The notes: a model not told the origin generated them from the letters alone. 64,000 bases of DNA from Flavobacteriales bacterium (GCA_046073985.1 JBJTNI010000027.1:64052-128051), one strand, 5' to 3'; shown: positions 28,370 through 41,567, counted from the stretch's first letter. Translations and numbers: made by a program.

Positions 28370-29187
28370 CGCCAATAAAGATAAATAATGGACCAACAAT
28401 AAAAAAACGGAATTGCAAATAGAGCAGCATCAAATCGATCTAAGACACCACCATGGCCCGGTAAAATGGTGCCGCTATCTTTGATACCTAAACTGCGCTT
28501 GAACAATGATTCAAGTAAGTCTCCGAAAATGGCACATGGCGCAATGATGAGTGCTGAGATGGTCCAAAATAAAATCTCGCCTCGATTGATGTATGTGCCA
28601 ATAACTACGCCTAATAAAACGGTAAAGAGCAAGCCGCCAAATGTGCCTTCCCATGTTTTTTTAGGTGAAATGCGTTCAAAAAGCTTGTGCTTACCAAATT
28701 TTCGCCCTGTAAAATAGGCAAAAGAATCGTTGGTCCAGATCAATAAAAACATGCCTAAAACTTTGGGCAGGGTAGAGGTGTCTCGGACGTGAAGATCAAT
28801 GCTCAGATAAAATGGTACAACGACATAAATGATGCCAAACACCAACACTGAAATATTGAGCAAAGGATGCTCGTGTTTGGCCCAGAGCTCATTGAGTATG
28901 AGGGTGAAAAACAAGGGAAATATCAGGGTCAGGGAGATGACAGAGTACCACTCAAAGCTGATTCCGACTAATAGCACATAGATAAATATGCCAATGAAAA
29001 GGCCTATTTCTTTCGGAACCTCAACAATTGAATGGTTTTTGAAAAATCTGTAAAATTCCCAAAGACCAACAACCATGAAAAAGGAAAATACAAGGGCAAA
29101 AACATAAGGATTCCAGAGCATAGAGCCGATGACAACCACCCCAAAGATGCTGCCAGTAATGATTCTTTGCCCCAGGTTTCCTAGCAT
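28366..29187 (-). CDS. cdsA: phosphatidate cytidylyltransferase
   Basis: C-terminal signature SLFKRSLGIKDSGTILPGHGGVLDRFD; multi-TM. Confidence 0.9.
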   Translation of the reverse strand: MLGNLGQRIITGSIFGVVVIGSMLWNPYVFALVFSFFMVVGLWEFYRFFKNHSIVEVPKEIGLFIGIFIYVLLVGISFEWYSVISLTLIFPLFFTLILNELWAKHEHPLLNISVLVFGIIYVVVPFYLSIDLHVRDTSTLPKVLGMFLLIWTNDSFAYFTGRKFGKHKLFERISPKKTWEGTFGGLLFTVLLGVVIGTYINRGEILFWTISALIIAPCAIFGDLLESLFKRSLGIKDSGTILPGHGGVLDRFDAALFAIPFFYCWSIIYLYWR

Positions 29188-29189
29188 AT

Positions 29190-31208
29190 TTATGATGCGT
29201 TTTCTTCAGAATTTGTTTCTTCAGGATTTGTTTCTTCAGGAGCAATCTCGGCAGGAGCAATCTCGGTAGGAGCAGTATCGGCAAGAGGCGTAGCTTCTTC
29301 AATAATTGGATCCCACTGGCGCTTACCAAAGATTGCTTCAAGATCTTCTTTGAAAATTACTTCAGAAGTCAAGAGGCGCTCTGCCAATTGCTCAAGTTTT
29401 TCTTTGTTTTCACTGAGTAATTGAATCGCACGTTGGTACTGACCTTCAATGAGTTTACTTACTTCTTCATCGATGATTTTAGCGGTGTCATCGGAGTAAG
29501 GTTTGGTAAAGGCATCGCGCCCCTGCGAGTCGTAGTAAGAAATATTTCCGACGCGCTCGTTGAGGCCATAAATTGAAATCATGGCGTAAGCTTGTTTAGT
29601 AACCCGTTCGAGGTCACTGAGTGCGCCTGTTGAAATTTTATTGAAAATAAGTTGTTCTGCTGCGCGTCCTCCGAGCGTGGCGCACATATCATCTTGCAGT
29701 TGTTCAGTTGTGGTAATACTGCGCTCTTCAGGCAGGTACCACGCCGCTCCTAAGGATTGCCCTCTTGGTACAATAGTGACTTTAACTAACGGATTGGCAT
29801 ATTGCAAGAGCCATGAAACAGATGCGTGACCAGCCTCGTGAAAAGCAATTGTTTTCTTCTCTTCTGGTGTGATGATTTTATTTTTCTTTTCAAGACCACC
29901 AATAATGCGGTCTACTGCATCGAGAAAATCTTGTTTTTCAACATGTTTTTTGTTGTGTCTGGCAGCAATAAGGGCAGCTTCGTTACATAAATTTGCGATA
30001 TCGGCACCGGAAAATCCTGGCGTTTGTTTGGCTAGGAAGTCGACGTCAATTTCGGTCGATAATTTGATTGGCTTGAGGTGGACACCAAAAATCTCTTTGC
30101 GCTCGTTGAGGTCCGGCATGTCTACGTAAATCTGGCGATCAAAGCGTCCTGCGCGCATCAGAGCGCTGTCGAGGACATCTGCGCGGTTAGTAGCTGCCAA
30201 AATGATGACGCCAGAGTTTGTACCAAAGCCGTCCATTTCGGTTAGCAATTGATTGAGGGTGTTTTCACGCTCGTCATTGGTATTGAATCCGTTGTTTTTA
30301 CCACGGGCTCTACCTATTGCATCAATTTCATCGATAAAAATAATCGAAGGTGACTTTTCTTTTGCCTGACGGAAGAGGTCACGAACGCGTGAAGCACCAA
30401 CGCCCACGAACATTTCTACGAAGTCTGAACCAGACAACGAGAAGAATGGCACCTTGGCTTCACCTGCTACTGCTTTTGCCAAAAGGGTTTTACCTGTTCC
30501 TGGAGGGCCCACAAGGAGGGCGCCTTTTGGAATTTTGGCACCCAGTTCAGTATATTTTTTAGGGTTTTTCAGGAATTCTACAATTTCTACGATTTCTTCT
30601 TTTGCGCCTTCGAGGCCGGCTACGTCTTTGAAGGTGATGTTTGTGCTTTTGCCTTTTTCATAGACCTGCGCTCTGGATTTACCAATATTGAATATTTGAC
30701 CTCCGCCACCGCCGGCACCGCCACCTCCAGACATGCGTCGCATGACGAACATCCAGATCAAGACGATGATCCCAAATGGCAAGAGATAGCCTAGGATTTG
30801 AGCAATCCAGTTGGTTTCAATGATATTTTCGTAGTCGTTGTATTTGCGGTCATCGAGAGCTTTTTCAAAGTTGGCATGATTACCAATGTTCTCGAGTTCA
30901 AATACGAGGCGATTGATGTCTGCTTTTTTGTTATTGATGACTTTGCGCATGTTCGGGAAGTCAAGCTTTTTGTGGGTGTTAATGTACTGAACACCTTCCT
31001 TGCGCAACTGAAATCTGGCAGCACTTTGATTAACAATTTTGATATTCTTGACACCTTTGGCTTCTACCAATTCAAGTAAAGTTTCTTTGTACTTAATTGT
31101 GGTGCTGGTCTCGCTATTGACGTACAAATGGGTACTGACAAGCAAAATGACAAACGCAACGTAAATCCAATAGACGGATAGCGGGCTTTTTCTTTTTTCT
31201 TCTGACAT
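29190..31208 (-). CDS. ftsH: ATP-dependent zinc metalloprotease FtsH
   Basis: Walker [31 protein letters not shown], zinc site HEAGHA. Start taken at MSEEKRK. Confidence 0.95.
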   Translation of the reverse strand: MSEEKRKSPLSVYWIYVAFVILLVSTHLYVNSETSTTIKYKETLLELVEAKGVKNIKIVNQSAARFQLRKEGVQYINTHKKLDFPNMRKVINNKKADINRLVFELENIGNHANFEKALDDRKYNDYENIIETNWIAQILGYLLPFGIIVLIWMFVMRRMSGGGGAGGGGGQIFNIGKSRAQVYEKGKSTNITFKDVAGLEGAKEEIVEIVEFLKNPKKYTELGAKIPKGALLVGPPGTGKTLLAKAVAGEAKVPFFSLSGSDFVEMFVGVGASRVRDLFRQAKEKSPSIIFIDEIDAIGRARGKNNGFNTNDERENTLNQLLTEMDGFGTNSGVIILAATNRADVLDSALMRAGRFDRQIYVDMPDLNERKEIFGVHLKPIKLSTEIDVDFLAKQTPGFSGADIANLCNEAALIAARHNKKHVEKQDFLDAVDRIIGGLEKKNKIITPEEKKTIAFHEAGHASVSWLLQYANPLVKVTIVPRGQSLGAAWYLPEERSITTTEQLQDDMCATLGGRAAEQLIFNKISTGALSDLERVTKQAYAMISIYGLNERVGNISYYDSQGRDAFTKPYSDDTAKIIDEEVSKLIEGQYQRAIQLLSENKEKLEQLAERLLTSEVIFKEDLEAIFGKRQWDPIIEEATPLADTAPTEIAPAEIAPEETNPEETNSEENAS
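29201..29285 (-). repeat. two families of tandem 15-nt repeats encoding the FtsH C-terminal tail ([25 protein letters not shown])
   Basis: tttcttcagRatttg, about 2.7 copies, then agcaRtMtcggYagg, 3 copies, read directly. Confidence 0.8.
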
Positions 31209-31219
31209 GTGGAGAGGTC

Positions 31220-31597
31220 TTATAATAAATTTGGAATATCTGTTCTTTTGGCGTCGGCCCAAAGGTCTTCGATGTCATAGAAAGAACGTGCGTCCTTGTA
31301 AAAAATGTGACACACTACATCGATATAGTCCAATAAAATCCATTCTGAATTAGATTTTCCTTCTTGACGCCAAGGTTTTTCTTTCAATTCTTTGCGAGTA
31401 TGGCGCTGAATTGCATTGGAGATACCGTCTACTTGGGTGCTGGACTCACCACTACACAACACGAAGAAGTCGCAAACGGCGCTGTCTAAGTCTCTGAGGT
31501 CTAGGATGGTGATGTCTTGAGCTTTGTTATTTTGCATCCCTTCAACAATTGCATCCAAAAGGAGCTCTGAAGGACTTGATTTTTTCTTTTTTGCCAT
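31220..31597 (-). CDS. rsfS: ribosome silencing factor RsfS
   Basis: 125 aa with ILDLR...DFFVLCSG...W.LLDY.DVVCHIF pattern. Conserved position upstream of ftsH. Confidence 0.85.
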   Translation of the reverse strand: MAKKKKSSPSELLLDAIVEGMQNNKAQDITILDLRDLDSAVCDFFVLCSGESSTQVDGISNAIQRHTRKELKEKPWRQEGKSNSEWILLDYIDVVCHIFYKDARSFYDIEDLWADAKRTDIPNLL

Positions 31598-31613
31598 GTA
31601 AGTATTTCTAGTA

Positions 31614-31621
31614 CAAAACTA
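31614..31621 (-). promoter_or_regulatory. -7 box TAGTTTTG, 16 nt upstream of the rsfS ATG
   Basis: Exact TAnnTTTG match on the minus strand. Confidence 0.45.
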
Positions 31622-31626
31622 ACTGA

Positions 31627-31634
31627 TAAATTTG
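31627..31634 (+). promoter_or_regulatory. -7 box TAAATTTG, 18 nt upstream of the birA ATG at 31653
   Basis: Exact TAnnTTTG match. It overlaps the track's TTG start at 31632, which argues for the ATG at 31653. Confidence 0.45.
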
Positions 31635-31652
31635 AACCGACAGACTTCAAAC

Positions 31653-32390
31653 ATGACCAAATTAGGATCAGAAATACATCATTTATCGGTAGTAGACTCT
31701 ACGAACAATTATGCTGCCAAACTTATTTCTGAAGGAAAGATACAAAATGGTTCGGTAATTATGGCAGACTTTCAGACCAACGGCCGTGGTCAGAGAGGTA
31801 ATTCATGGCAGTCTGTCAGTAACGAAAATTTGTTGTTTTCGCTGGTTTTTCAGCCACAGGACATCTCCCTTGATCAGCAAATCAGAATCAGCTGGTACAC
31901 AGCCATCATATGGATTAAATGTTTACAACGCTTTGCCATCGAGGCAAAGATCAAATGGCCAAATGATATTTACGTTGGCAAAAGCAAACTCGGGGGCATT
32001 TTAATAGAGCAACAAATTCAAGGAAATACAATTTCTTGGAGCATTGTGGGTAGTGGTATAAATGTAAATACAGCTCCGGACTTAAAGAATACGACCTCTA
32101 TCTTCGAACTGACACAAATGCACTTCAAGCCAAGAACAGTTTTAAACGAGTTCTTGGAGTTGTACAATGGTCAAATTCATTTGTTATACGGCGACTTCGG
32201 CTTATTAAAGGCCGAATTTGAGTCTGAATTGTGGGGCAAATGTGCCGTTCAACTGTTTGAAGATCAACAAAACCAACTTTGGAAGGCGACCATTCTTGGA
32301 GTAGATGAGCACGGAAAATTGAAACTAGAAAAGGATGGACAATTGCATTATTTTGACTTACAAGAAATCAAGTTAAAATTGAACGAATAA
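31653..32390 (+). CDS. birA: biotin--[acetyl-CoA-carboxylase] ligase
   Basis: GRGQRGNSW motif and KWPNDIY motif. No N-terminal HTH domain (group I type). Confidence 0.85.
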   Translation: MTKLGSEIHHLSVVDSTNNYAAKLISEGKIQNGSVIMADFQTNGRGQRGNSWQSVSNENLLFSLVFQPQDISLDQQIRISWYTAIIWIKCLQRFAIEAKIKWPNDIYVGKSKLGGILIEQQIQGNTISWSIVGSGINVNTAPDLKNTTSIFELTQMHFKPRTVLNEFLELYNGQIHLLYGDFGLLKAEFESELWGKCAVQLFEDQQNQLWKATILGVDEHGKLKLEKDGQLHYFDLQEIKLKLNE

Positions 32391-32406
32391 CCATTGACAA
32401 CGTTAC

Positions 32407-32802
32407 TTAAAGTGCCTTTTCCAGATTGTAAGCCATCTCTTGAAGTAATTTTTGAAGTGGTTTTTCAAGCAACATACGCAGCATCATATTGATGTCCGCA
32501 TTGATTTCAATAAAGCCAGAAGTTTGCGCATTGAGTTCTTGCAAGTGAATTTTCAGCTCAAATGGAAAAGGATTTTTCTGAACTCCAATAAATTTAATTT
32601 CTTGCTTATTTGACAGCTGTTTTTCTAGGCCGAGCACGAAATTTCCGGCAGCTTTAAAACTAAAACCGTGCTCAGAAGCGTTGAACTCAGATACTTGATC
32701 TTTGGGCAATAAATGTGCGTAATTTGAACAATCTTCGAGATAAGCAGCCACTTTTTCGGGTGGTGTAGCAAATGAAAATACCTGGCTTTTGATTTGAACC
32801 AT
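32407..32802 (-). CDS. hypothetical protein (possibly SRPBCC/START-like)
   Basis: 131-aa ORF 3 nt downstream of pyrE. Fold assignment is a guess from size and alpha/beta pattern only. Confidence 0.45.
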   Translation of the reverse strand: MVQIKSQVFSFATPPEKVAAYLEDCSNYAHLLPKDQVSEFNASEHGFSFKAAGNFVLGLEKQLSNKQEIKFIGVQKNPFPFELKIHLQELNAQTSGFIEINADINMMLRMLLEKPLQKLLQEMAYNLEKAL

Positions 32803-32805
32803 GAG

Positions 32806-33450
32806 TTATTCTTGCATCCAGGTACTAGGGTTGTTGCGCCAAGCTTGTAGTGTAGCGTTGTTTGCCTCGTTAACGTAAGAAGTTTTGGTGGCAACATCAA
32901 TGAGTGTGCCGTAATCTGTGAGTGTGATATACGGGCATTTTGCTGCTTCAAATTGTTGGTCAGCGAGGCTAAAACCATAAGTGAAGATGGCAACTAATCC
33001 TTTGACATCAAGCCCTCCTTGACGCAACGCTTCGACAGCTTTGAGACTGCTTCCGCCCGTTGAGATCAAATCTTCGATAACAACAACTCTTTGCCCAGAC
33101 TCATAGGCCCCTTCGATGAGGTTTTCCATGCCGTGGCCTTTGGCACTGCTGCGCACATAGATAAATGGCAACCCAAGTTCTTGTGCAATGAGTGCGCCTT
33201 GCGCAATACCGCCTGTTGCTACGCCAGCAATGACATCTGGTTTGCCAAAATGCTCAAGAATTGTTTGTGCATAACCTTGGCGAATGAAAGTGCGTACCTC
33301 AGGAAAACTAAGTGTGATGCGGTTGTCACAATAAATTGGAGATTTCCAACCCGAAGCCCAAGTAAACGGATTTTCTGGTTGTAAGCGTACTGCTTTTGTT
33401 TTTAATAGCAATTCAGCTACCTTTAAGCTCAGATCTTTATTCACTTTCAT
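32806..33450 (-). CDS. pyrE: orotate phosphoribosyltransferase
   Basis: PRPP-binding VVVIEDLISTGGS. Start taken at MKVNKDLSLKVAELLL. Confidence 0.9.
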   Translation of the reverse strand: MKVNKDLSLKVAELLLKTKAVRLQPENPFTWASGWKSPIYCDNRITLSFPEVRTFIRQGYAQTILEHFGKPDVIAGVATGGIAQGALIAQELGLPFIYVRSSAKGHGMENLIEGAYESGQRVVVIEDLISTGGSSLKAVEALRQGGLDVKGLVAIFTYGFSLADQQFEAAKCPYITLTDYGTLIDVATKTSYVNEANNATLQAWRNNPSTWMQE

Positions 33451-34066
33451 GCCGCAAAAATACAAAGTTTTCCTCGAAAATAATTGGGTGTTGTTTACAG
33501 AAAATGATTCGCAAGATTTACCTGCTGTTAAACAATTCAAGGCCTCAGAACTTAAAGCACTTGCATCTTATGACATACTGGCGCATTTGTTACAGTTGCA
33601 CGGAAATTTTTGTTTGATTTCTAAAGACCCACTAAATGCCATGCAAGCATTTTTCACAAACTTTAAATATGTTCAGACTGCCGGAGCCCTGGTGCAACAA
33701 CATGGTCAAGATCAGTATTTATGGATTGATCGCTTTGAACACCTCGATTTACCAAAGGGTAAAATTGAAAAAGGTGAGCTTGAACTTGAAGCAGCGATTC
33801 GAGAAGTTCAGGAAGAGACGGGTTTGACAGGTCGTTTTGAATTTCAACGCAAATTGGGGCATACATATCATGTTTATCAAATGAAAGGAAAGTCTTATTT
33901 CAAATTGAACCATTGGTTTGAATTGTCACATATAGGTTCTCCTGAAGTGGTGGCTCAAACAAAGGAAGGTATCGATGCTGTATTTTGGCTTACTGCCAAC
34001 GAATGGAAAGCGCGCCTTAATGAGTGTTATGCAGGCTTGTCTGAACTATTGCAAAGTACTTGCTAA
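33449..34066 (+). CDS. NUDIX hydrolase with N-terminal extra domain
   Basis: Nudix box GKIEKGELELEAAIREVQEETGL. Confidence 0.85.
   Translation: MPQKYKVFLENNWVLFTENDSQDLPAVKQFKASELKALASYDILAHLLQLHGNFCLISKDPLNAMQAFFTNFKYVQTAGALVQQHGQDQYLWIDRFEHLDLPKGKIEKGELELEAAIREVQEETGLTGRFEFQRKLGHTYHVYQMKGKSYFKLNHWFELSHIGSPEVVAQTKEGIDAVFWLTANEWKARLNECYAGLSELLQSTC
33455..33462 (-). promoter_or_regulatory. -7 box TATTTTTG, 4 nt upstream of the pyrE ATG, lying inside codons 3-5 of the divergent NUDIX gene
   Basis: Exact TAnnTTTG match on the minus strand. Confidence 0.45.
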
Positions 34067-34150
34067 AAATGTGTTAATTTTAGCTCCTCGCCTCAGACAA
34101 TGTTTATTATTGTAGTCAGGTTATTTATTTAAATCGAAAACATATCAACC

Positions 34151-34564
34151 ATGAAATTTCTACAACTATCTTTTTTCTTAGTTTTAAGTTCAGCCTTATT
34201 TGCGCAAACAGAACCCAACGTAAAAAAAGACGCGCAACCACCGCTTCGCTTTACTGTCTTGGAAATTGAAAGACAAAATATTCCTTACGGCTCTGAAGAT
34301 CTATTTGTTTTTGAATTCAAAAACACCTCTAAAAAAGCAGCCGTAATTACGAATGTGCAAACAAGTTGTGGTTGTACTGCAGCCGAAAAACCTGAAGCAC
34401 CTATCAGAAAGGGGAAAAAAGGGGTTATCAAAGTGCACTATGACACCAAACGCGTTGGCGGTTTCACCAAAACAATTACAGTTTTCTCAAACGTAGGTGA
34501 CCCAATTGTACTTACCATTAAAGGAACTGTATTATCTCCATCTGACTCTCCTGTCATCAACTAA
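34151..34564 (+). CDS. DUF1573-domain secreted protein
   Basis: Signal peptide and TSCGCT motif within an Ig-like beta domain. Confidence 0.75.
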   Translation: MKFLQLSFFLVLSSALFAQTEPNVKKDAQPPLRFTVLEIERQNIPYGSEDLFVFEFKNTSKKAAVITNVQTSCGCTAAEKPEAPIRKGKKGVIKVHYDTKRVGGFTKTITVFSNVGDPIVLTIKGTVLSPSDSPVIN

Positions 34565-34594
34565 ATCTGCTTGCGCTAGCGCCTAGATATTTGC

Positions 34595-34602
34595 TATCTT
34601 TG
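34595..34602 (+). promoter_or_regulatory. -7 box TATCTTTG, 19 nt upstream of the valS ATG
   Basis: Exact TAnnTTTG match. A TTG lies 21 nt upstream (34571-73) as a possible -33 element. Confidence 0.5.
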
Positions 34603-34621
34603 CACTTTTACAAGCAGAGTC

Positions 34622-37246
34622 ATGGAGATTGCAAAGAACTACGAGCCGCAACTAGCACAAGAAAAATGGTATCAGCACTGGATTGATAAAGGATATTTTC
34701 ACTCTACCCCAGATCACCGCGAACCATACACAGTAGTAATTCCTCCGCCCAATGTTACCGGTGTCTTGCACATGGGTCACATGCTCAACAACACCATTCA
34801 AGATGTTTTGGTGCGCAGGGCACGCATGCTCGGTAAAAACGCTTGTTGGGTTCCTGGCACAGACCACGCTTCAATTGCTACTGAAGCCAAAGTAGTTCAG
34901 AAACTCAAGGCTGAAGGCATCTCTAAATCAGACCTCACCCGTGACGAATTTTTGGCGCATGCTTTCGAATGGAAAGAAAAGCACGGTGGTATCATCTTAG
35001 AACAACTCAAAAGATTAGGCGCCTCTTGCGATTGGGAGCGCACGCATTTTACCATGGACCCTGAATATTCACAATCGGTCATTCAGGTGTTTATTGACCT
35101 TTATCAAAAAGGCAAAATTTACCGTGGTGTCCGCATGGTTAACTGGGATCCAGAAGCACTAACGGCGCTTTCCGATGAAGAAGTTAATTACAAAGAAGTC
35201 AACTCTAAGTTGTTTTATGTCCGCTATAAAATTGTGGGCGAACAAGATCAGTTCCTGACTATTGCCACAACCCGACCTGAGACAATACTCGGCGACACCG
35301 CCATTTGCGTTCATCCTGAAGACGAACGTTATCAAAAACTGATTGGTAAAACAGTTTTAGTTCCGATTATCAACCGAGAAATCCCTGTTATTGCCGACGA
35401 ATATGTCGATAAAGAATTCGGTACAGGATGTTTGAAAGTAACACCTGCCCACGATACCAATGACTACGAGTTAGGTCAAAAACATAACCTGCCAAGCATT
35501 GATTTATTCAATGACAACGGCACACTCAATGAAAACGGCGCGCATTACACAGGCAAAGATCGCTTTGAAGTGCGTCGAGAAATCGAGAAAGAACTCCACG
35601 ACAAAGGCTACCTCGTTAAAACCGAAGACATCATCAATAAAGTTGGTTTTTCAGAAAGAACCAACGCAGTCATTGAGCCTAAGTTATCATTGCAATGGTT
35701 TGTGTCTATGAAAGAATTGGCACAACCAGCGCTTGACAACGTCATGAATGGCAACATTCAGTTTCATCCAGAAAAATTCAAAAACACCTATCGCCACTGG
35801 ATGGAAAACGTCAAAGATTGGTGTATTTCCAGACAACTTTGGTGGGGACACCGCATTCCGGCTTGGTATTACAGCAACTTACCCGCAGACTTCGTTGTTG
35901 CAGCCACTCAAGAAGAAGCTTTGCAATTAGCTTCAGCAAAAGCAGGCCGAACCATTTCAGCTGCAGAATTGCGCCAAGATGAAGATGTTTTGGATACCTG
36001 GTTTTCTAGTTGGTTGTGGCCAATTTCCGTTTTCAATGGCCTGACTCAACCCAACAATCCTGAAATCAGCTATTACTACCCAACCAATGACCTCGTAACA
36101 GCCCCAGAAATCATGTTCTTCTGGGTGGCGCGCATGATCATTGCAGGCTATGAATACCTCGGAGATCTTCCATTTAAAAATGTCTATTACACTGGAATTG
36201 TGCGCGATAAATTGGGTCGCAAAATGTCCAAGTCCTTGGGTAATTCCCCAGATCCAATTGAATTGATTGAAAAATACGGAGCCGACGGCGTTAGAGTCGG
36301 TATCCTCATTTCGTCTCCAGCCGGAAACGACCTTCCTTTTGATAGCTCACAGTGCGAGCAAGGTAGAAATTTCACCAATAAAATCTGGAACGCCTATCGC
36401 TTGGTTTCATCTTGGGAGGTTCGCGATATCGAACAGCCGAGCGCAAGTAAAGTCGCTATTGAATGGTTTGAAAATAGGTTCAGTCAGGTTTTGGCCGAAA
36501 TCAACGATCAATTTGATAAATTCCGAATTTCTGAGGCCCTAATGGCCAGTTACAAGTTAGTCTGGGACGACTTCTGTTCATGGTATCTCGAAATGATCAA
36601 GCCTGGCTATGAGCAACCAATCGATCGTGCAACGCTCAATCAAACGCTTGTTTTCTTTGAGCAAATACTTAAAGTGTTGCATCCTTTCACGCCTTTCGTA
36701 GCAGAGGAACTCTATCATTCACTTCAAGCCCGTGAGGCAAATGACGATATCGTAATTGCTGCATGGCCGCAGGTTCAGCCTGTTCAAGAAGCACCTTTGA
36801 AGCGTTTTGCCTATAATGAAAAGGTCATTGCCAATATCCGAAATATCCGCAAGCAAAACAATATTGCCAACAAAGTCAAACTAGAGCTCTACATTAAAAC
36901 AGATGCCGCACAAGCAAATGAATCTGATAGTGTTATTGTCAAGATGGGTAATTTGTCAGTCCTCTCTTACGTTCAAGAGAAAGTTGCTCAGGCAAATAGT
37001 TTTATTGTAGACGGTATTGAATTCTTTGTTCCTTTCGGTGAGGCTATTGACGTTGATGCTGAAAAACAAAAAATCCAAGAAGAGCTCATTTATACCCAAG
37101 GTTTCTTGAAAAGTGTTCAAGCAAAGCTGTCCAATGAAAAATTCATGGCCGGCGCTCCAGAGCAAGTAGTGACAAACGAACGCAACAAGGAAGCTGACGC
37201 ACTTCACAAGATAGCTTTACTCGAGGCCAAGCTCTCAGAATTGTAA
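34622..37246 (+). CDS. valS: valine--tRNA ligase
   Basis: HMGH (VLHMGHML) and KMSKS motifs, C-terminal coiled coil, 874 aa. Confidence 0.97.
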   Translation: MEIAKNYEPQLAQEKWYQHWIDKGYFHSTPDHREPYTVVIPPPNVTGVLHMGHMLNNTIQDVLVRRARMLGKNACWVPGTDHASIATEAKVVQKLKAEGISKSDLTRDEFLAHAFEWKEKHGGIILEQLKRLGASCDWERTHFTMDPEYSQSVIQVFIDLYQKGKIYRGVRMVNWDPEALTALSDEEVNYKEVNSKLFYVRYKIVGEQDQFLTIATTRPETILGDTAICVHPEDERYQKLIGKTVLVPIINREIPVIADEYVDKEFGTGCLKVTPAHDTNDYELGQKHNLPSIDLFNDNGTLNENGAHYTGKDRFEVRREIEKELHDKGYLVKTEDIINKVGFSERTNAVIEPKLSLQWFVSMKELAQPALDNVMNGNIQFHPEKFKNTYRHWMENVKDWCISRQLWWGHRIPAWYYSNLPADFVVAATQEEALQLASAKAGRTISAAELRQDEDVLDTWFSSWLWPISVFNGLTQPNNPEISYYYPTNDLVTAPEIMFFWVARMIIAGYEYLGDLPFKNVYYTGIVRDKLGRKMSKSLGNSPDPIELIEKYGADGVRVGILISSPAGNDLPFDSSQCEQGRNFTNKIWNAYRLVSSWEVRDIEQPSASKVAIEWFENRFSQVLAEINDQFDKFRISEALMASYKLVWDDFCSWYLEMIKPGYEQPIDRATLNQTLVFFEQILKVLHPFTPFVAEELYHSLQAREANDDIVIAAWPQVQPVQEAPLKRFAYNEKVIANIRNIRKQNNIANKVKLELYIKTDAAQANESDSVIVKMGNLSVLSYVQEKVAQANSFIVDGIEFFVPFGEAIDVDAEKQKIQEELIYTQGFLKSVQAKLSNEKFMAGAPEQVVTNERNKEADALHKIALLEAKLSEL

Positions 37247-38083
37247 TTAAATAAAGCGAAAATCTACGCGTCTATTTTTTTGCTTACCGCTTTCGCTGCG
37301 GTTGTCTTCTACAGGAGCAGTCTCGCCTTTGAATTCAATGACAACTCTATCCTTGGCTAAGCCATTTTGCTCAAAAAAACTGAGTAATGCCTTGGCTCTG
37401 CGCGCCGAAAGCTCTAAATTATATTGGTTACTACCATCAGCATCTGTGTGCCCTGTAATAGCGATCCGAAGATCTGAATGGCTTTTCACCATTCGAATCA
37501 GCTCTTTGAGATACGCTTCGTATTCTGGCTTTATTACGGCTTGATCGCGGTCAAAATAAATGGAATGGAATTCAAATTGGAGCAACTCTTGTTTGCGAAT
37601 GATAGGGGCAGAAATGCCATCCTTGAGTTCTTGCTCAAATCTAATTAGCCATTCTTTGGGTAAATAAGGGCTTTTCTCTTTGGTAATTTCACCTTTGCTT
37701 TGAAAGGCGATCAATCGGTACCCATCTTTATCAGATGGACCTTCCAAATAACCAGTTTGAGGGCTGTAGCGCAATTGATAATTGTAGGGAGTCAAAGCAA
37801 ATTCGGGGTTGTAGAACCAAGTTGCCTTTAGGGTAGTGAGTTCCATCGTGTTGTTTGCATACTTGCCTACAATTGGGTAAATACTTATGCTTTGCTTGTT
37901 TTCAATCCGAATCTGACCATCAACCAAGCCATTCGTTACAAAAATATCCAGATAAACAGGAATAGATTTGTCTGTATTTAACTCATTTGGAATGAAGAGC
38001 ATGCCCTGCCAAAACCCAGTCATTTTTTGAGAGAATGCGGTATGAGTGGTCAGAAGAAGAAAAAAAGCGAGTAGGCGTAACAT
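37247..38083 (-). CDS. OmpA-family protein (unknown N-terminal domain plus OmpA_C peptidoglycan-binding domain)
   Basis: Signal peptide and TGHTDADGSNQYNLELSARRAKAL motif. Confidence 0.85.
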   Translation of the reverse strand: MLRLLAFFLLLTTHTAFSQKMTGFWQGMLFIPNELNTDKSIPVYLDIFVTNGLVDGQIRIENKQSISIYPIVGKYANNTMELTTLKATWFYNPEFALTPYNYQLRYSPQTGYLEGPSDKDGYRLIAFQSKGEITKEKSPYLPKEWLIRFEQELKDGISAPIIRKQELLQFEFHSIYFDRDQAVIKPEYEAYLKELIRMVKSHSDLRIAITGHTDADGSNQYNLELSARRAKALLSFFEQNGLAKDRVVIEFKGETAPVEDNRSESGKQKNRRVDFRFI

Positions 38084-38165
38084 CGAGTACTTATTCGTAA
38101 AGCAACTAATTTTGTTCCATCTAGAACTTACTTTGCATTGAATTGTTATTCAAAAAACTTAACGC

Positions 38166-38702
38166 ATGAAATTAGCCCTTATTTTTTCAAGTATCTTTTT
38201 TATGAGTATGATACAATCCGAAACACAAACTATTTATCAATTCAAAGTCAAAGATATCAATGGTAAAACCTTTGATTTCGCTACTTTAAAAGGTAAGAAA
38301 ATCATGGTTGTCAATACGGCTTCTAAATGTGGCCTTACACCACAATACGAGCAATTAGAGGCAGTCTATGATCAGTATAAAAATAAAAACTTCATTATCA
38401 TTGGTTTTCCCGCTAATGATTTCATGAGTCAGGAGCCAGGCTCAGACAAAGAAATCGCTCAATTTTGCTTACAAAACTATGGTGTGAGTTTCCCGATGAT
38501 GTCCAAAATCTCTGTCAAGGGCAAAGACATGCATCCTGTCTATCAATTTTTAACGCAAAAAGCCAAAAATGGTCTTGAGGACAACAAGGTTGAATGGAAT
38601 TTTCAAAAATACCTAATCGACGAAAAAGGCCATTTAGTGAGGGTTGTTTCACCGCGAATTTTACCCAATGATCCAAGTATTATTGCTTGGATAGAAAAGT
38701 AG
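38166..38702 (+). CDS. glutathione peroxidase (Cys-type)
   Basis: NTASKCGLTPQY and WNFQKYL motifs. Confidence 0.9.
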   Translation: MKLALIFSSIFFMSMIQSETQTIYQFKVKDINGKTFDFATLKGKKIMVVNTASKCGLTPQYEQLEAVYDQYKNKNFIIIGFPANDFMSQEPGSDKEIAQFCLQNYGVSFPMMSKISVKGKDMHPVYQFLTQKAKNGLEDNKVEWNFQKYLIDEKGHLVRVVSPRILPNDPSIIAWIEK

Positions 38703-38751
38703 GTCAAATCGTTGAAATTTTGTTGATAAGTTCAGCCTTTTCAACAGCATT

Positions 38752-38781
38752 GAAGCCCCTTTTACGAGGGGCTTTTTTTTA
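38752..38781 (+). terminator. intrinsic terminator after the glutathione peroxidase gene
   Basis: AAGCCCCT-tttacg-AGGGGCTT stem-loop followed by a T-run. Confidence 0.8.
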
Positions 38782-38787
38782 TTTTTG
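38780..38787 (+). promoter_or_regulatory. -7 box TATTTTTG, 39 nt upstream of the gyrB ATG
   Basis: Exact TAnnTTTG match. It overlaps the terminator T-run, so it could be fortuitous. Confidence 0.35.
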
Positions 38788-38805
38788 TTAACACGAGTTT
38801 AATGA

Positions 38806-41540
<2,735 letters not shown>

Positions 41541-41542
<2 letters not shown>

Positions 41543-41567
41543 AAAAACCGCTACAAGAGCGGTTTTT
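41541..41567. terminator. bidirectional intrinsic terminator between the nuclease gene and gcvH
   Basis: AAAAACCGCT-acaag-AGCGGTTTTT. Confidence 0.7.

Noticed and set aside
29021-29341. 106-aa ORF with [24 protein letters not shown] repeats
   Set aside because: It is an alternative reading frame of the FtsH tail tandem repeats and spans the cdsA/ftsH junction. It is an artefact of the DNA repeats.
27451-31262. Lanthipeptide/RiPP biosynthetic cluster around the Cys/Ser/Thr-rich peptide
   Set aside because: The neighbours are psd, cdsA, ftsH and an acyl-CoA ligase. No LanB/C/M, radical-SAM, YcaO or peptidase-transporter genes occur in the window, and the peptide has a Sec signal peptide where a RiPP would have a leader. 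It is kept only as an unexplained peptide, not as a cluster.
32625-32993. 122-aa ORF spanning the pyrE 3' end and the downstream 131-aa gene
   Set aside because: It is out of frame with two better-supported genes and crosses their junction.
34565-34621. Possible T-box or other leader upstream of valS
   Set aside because: The 57-nt gap contains only a promoter-like box and a ~19-nt leader. There is no specifier or T-box sequence.
38780-38787. Strength of the gyrB -7 box call
   Set aside because: Not fully rejected, but the TATTTTTG match is formed partly by the T-run of the preceding terminator and may be coincidental. It is listed at low confidence only.
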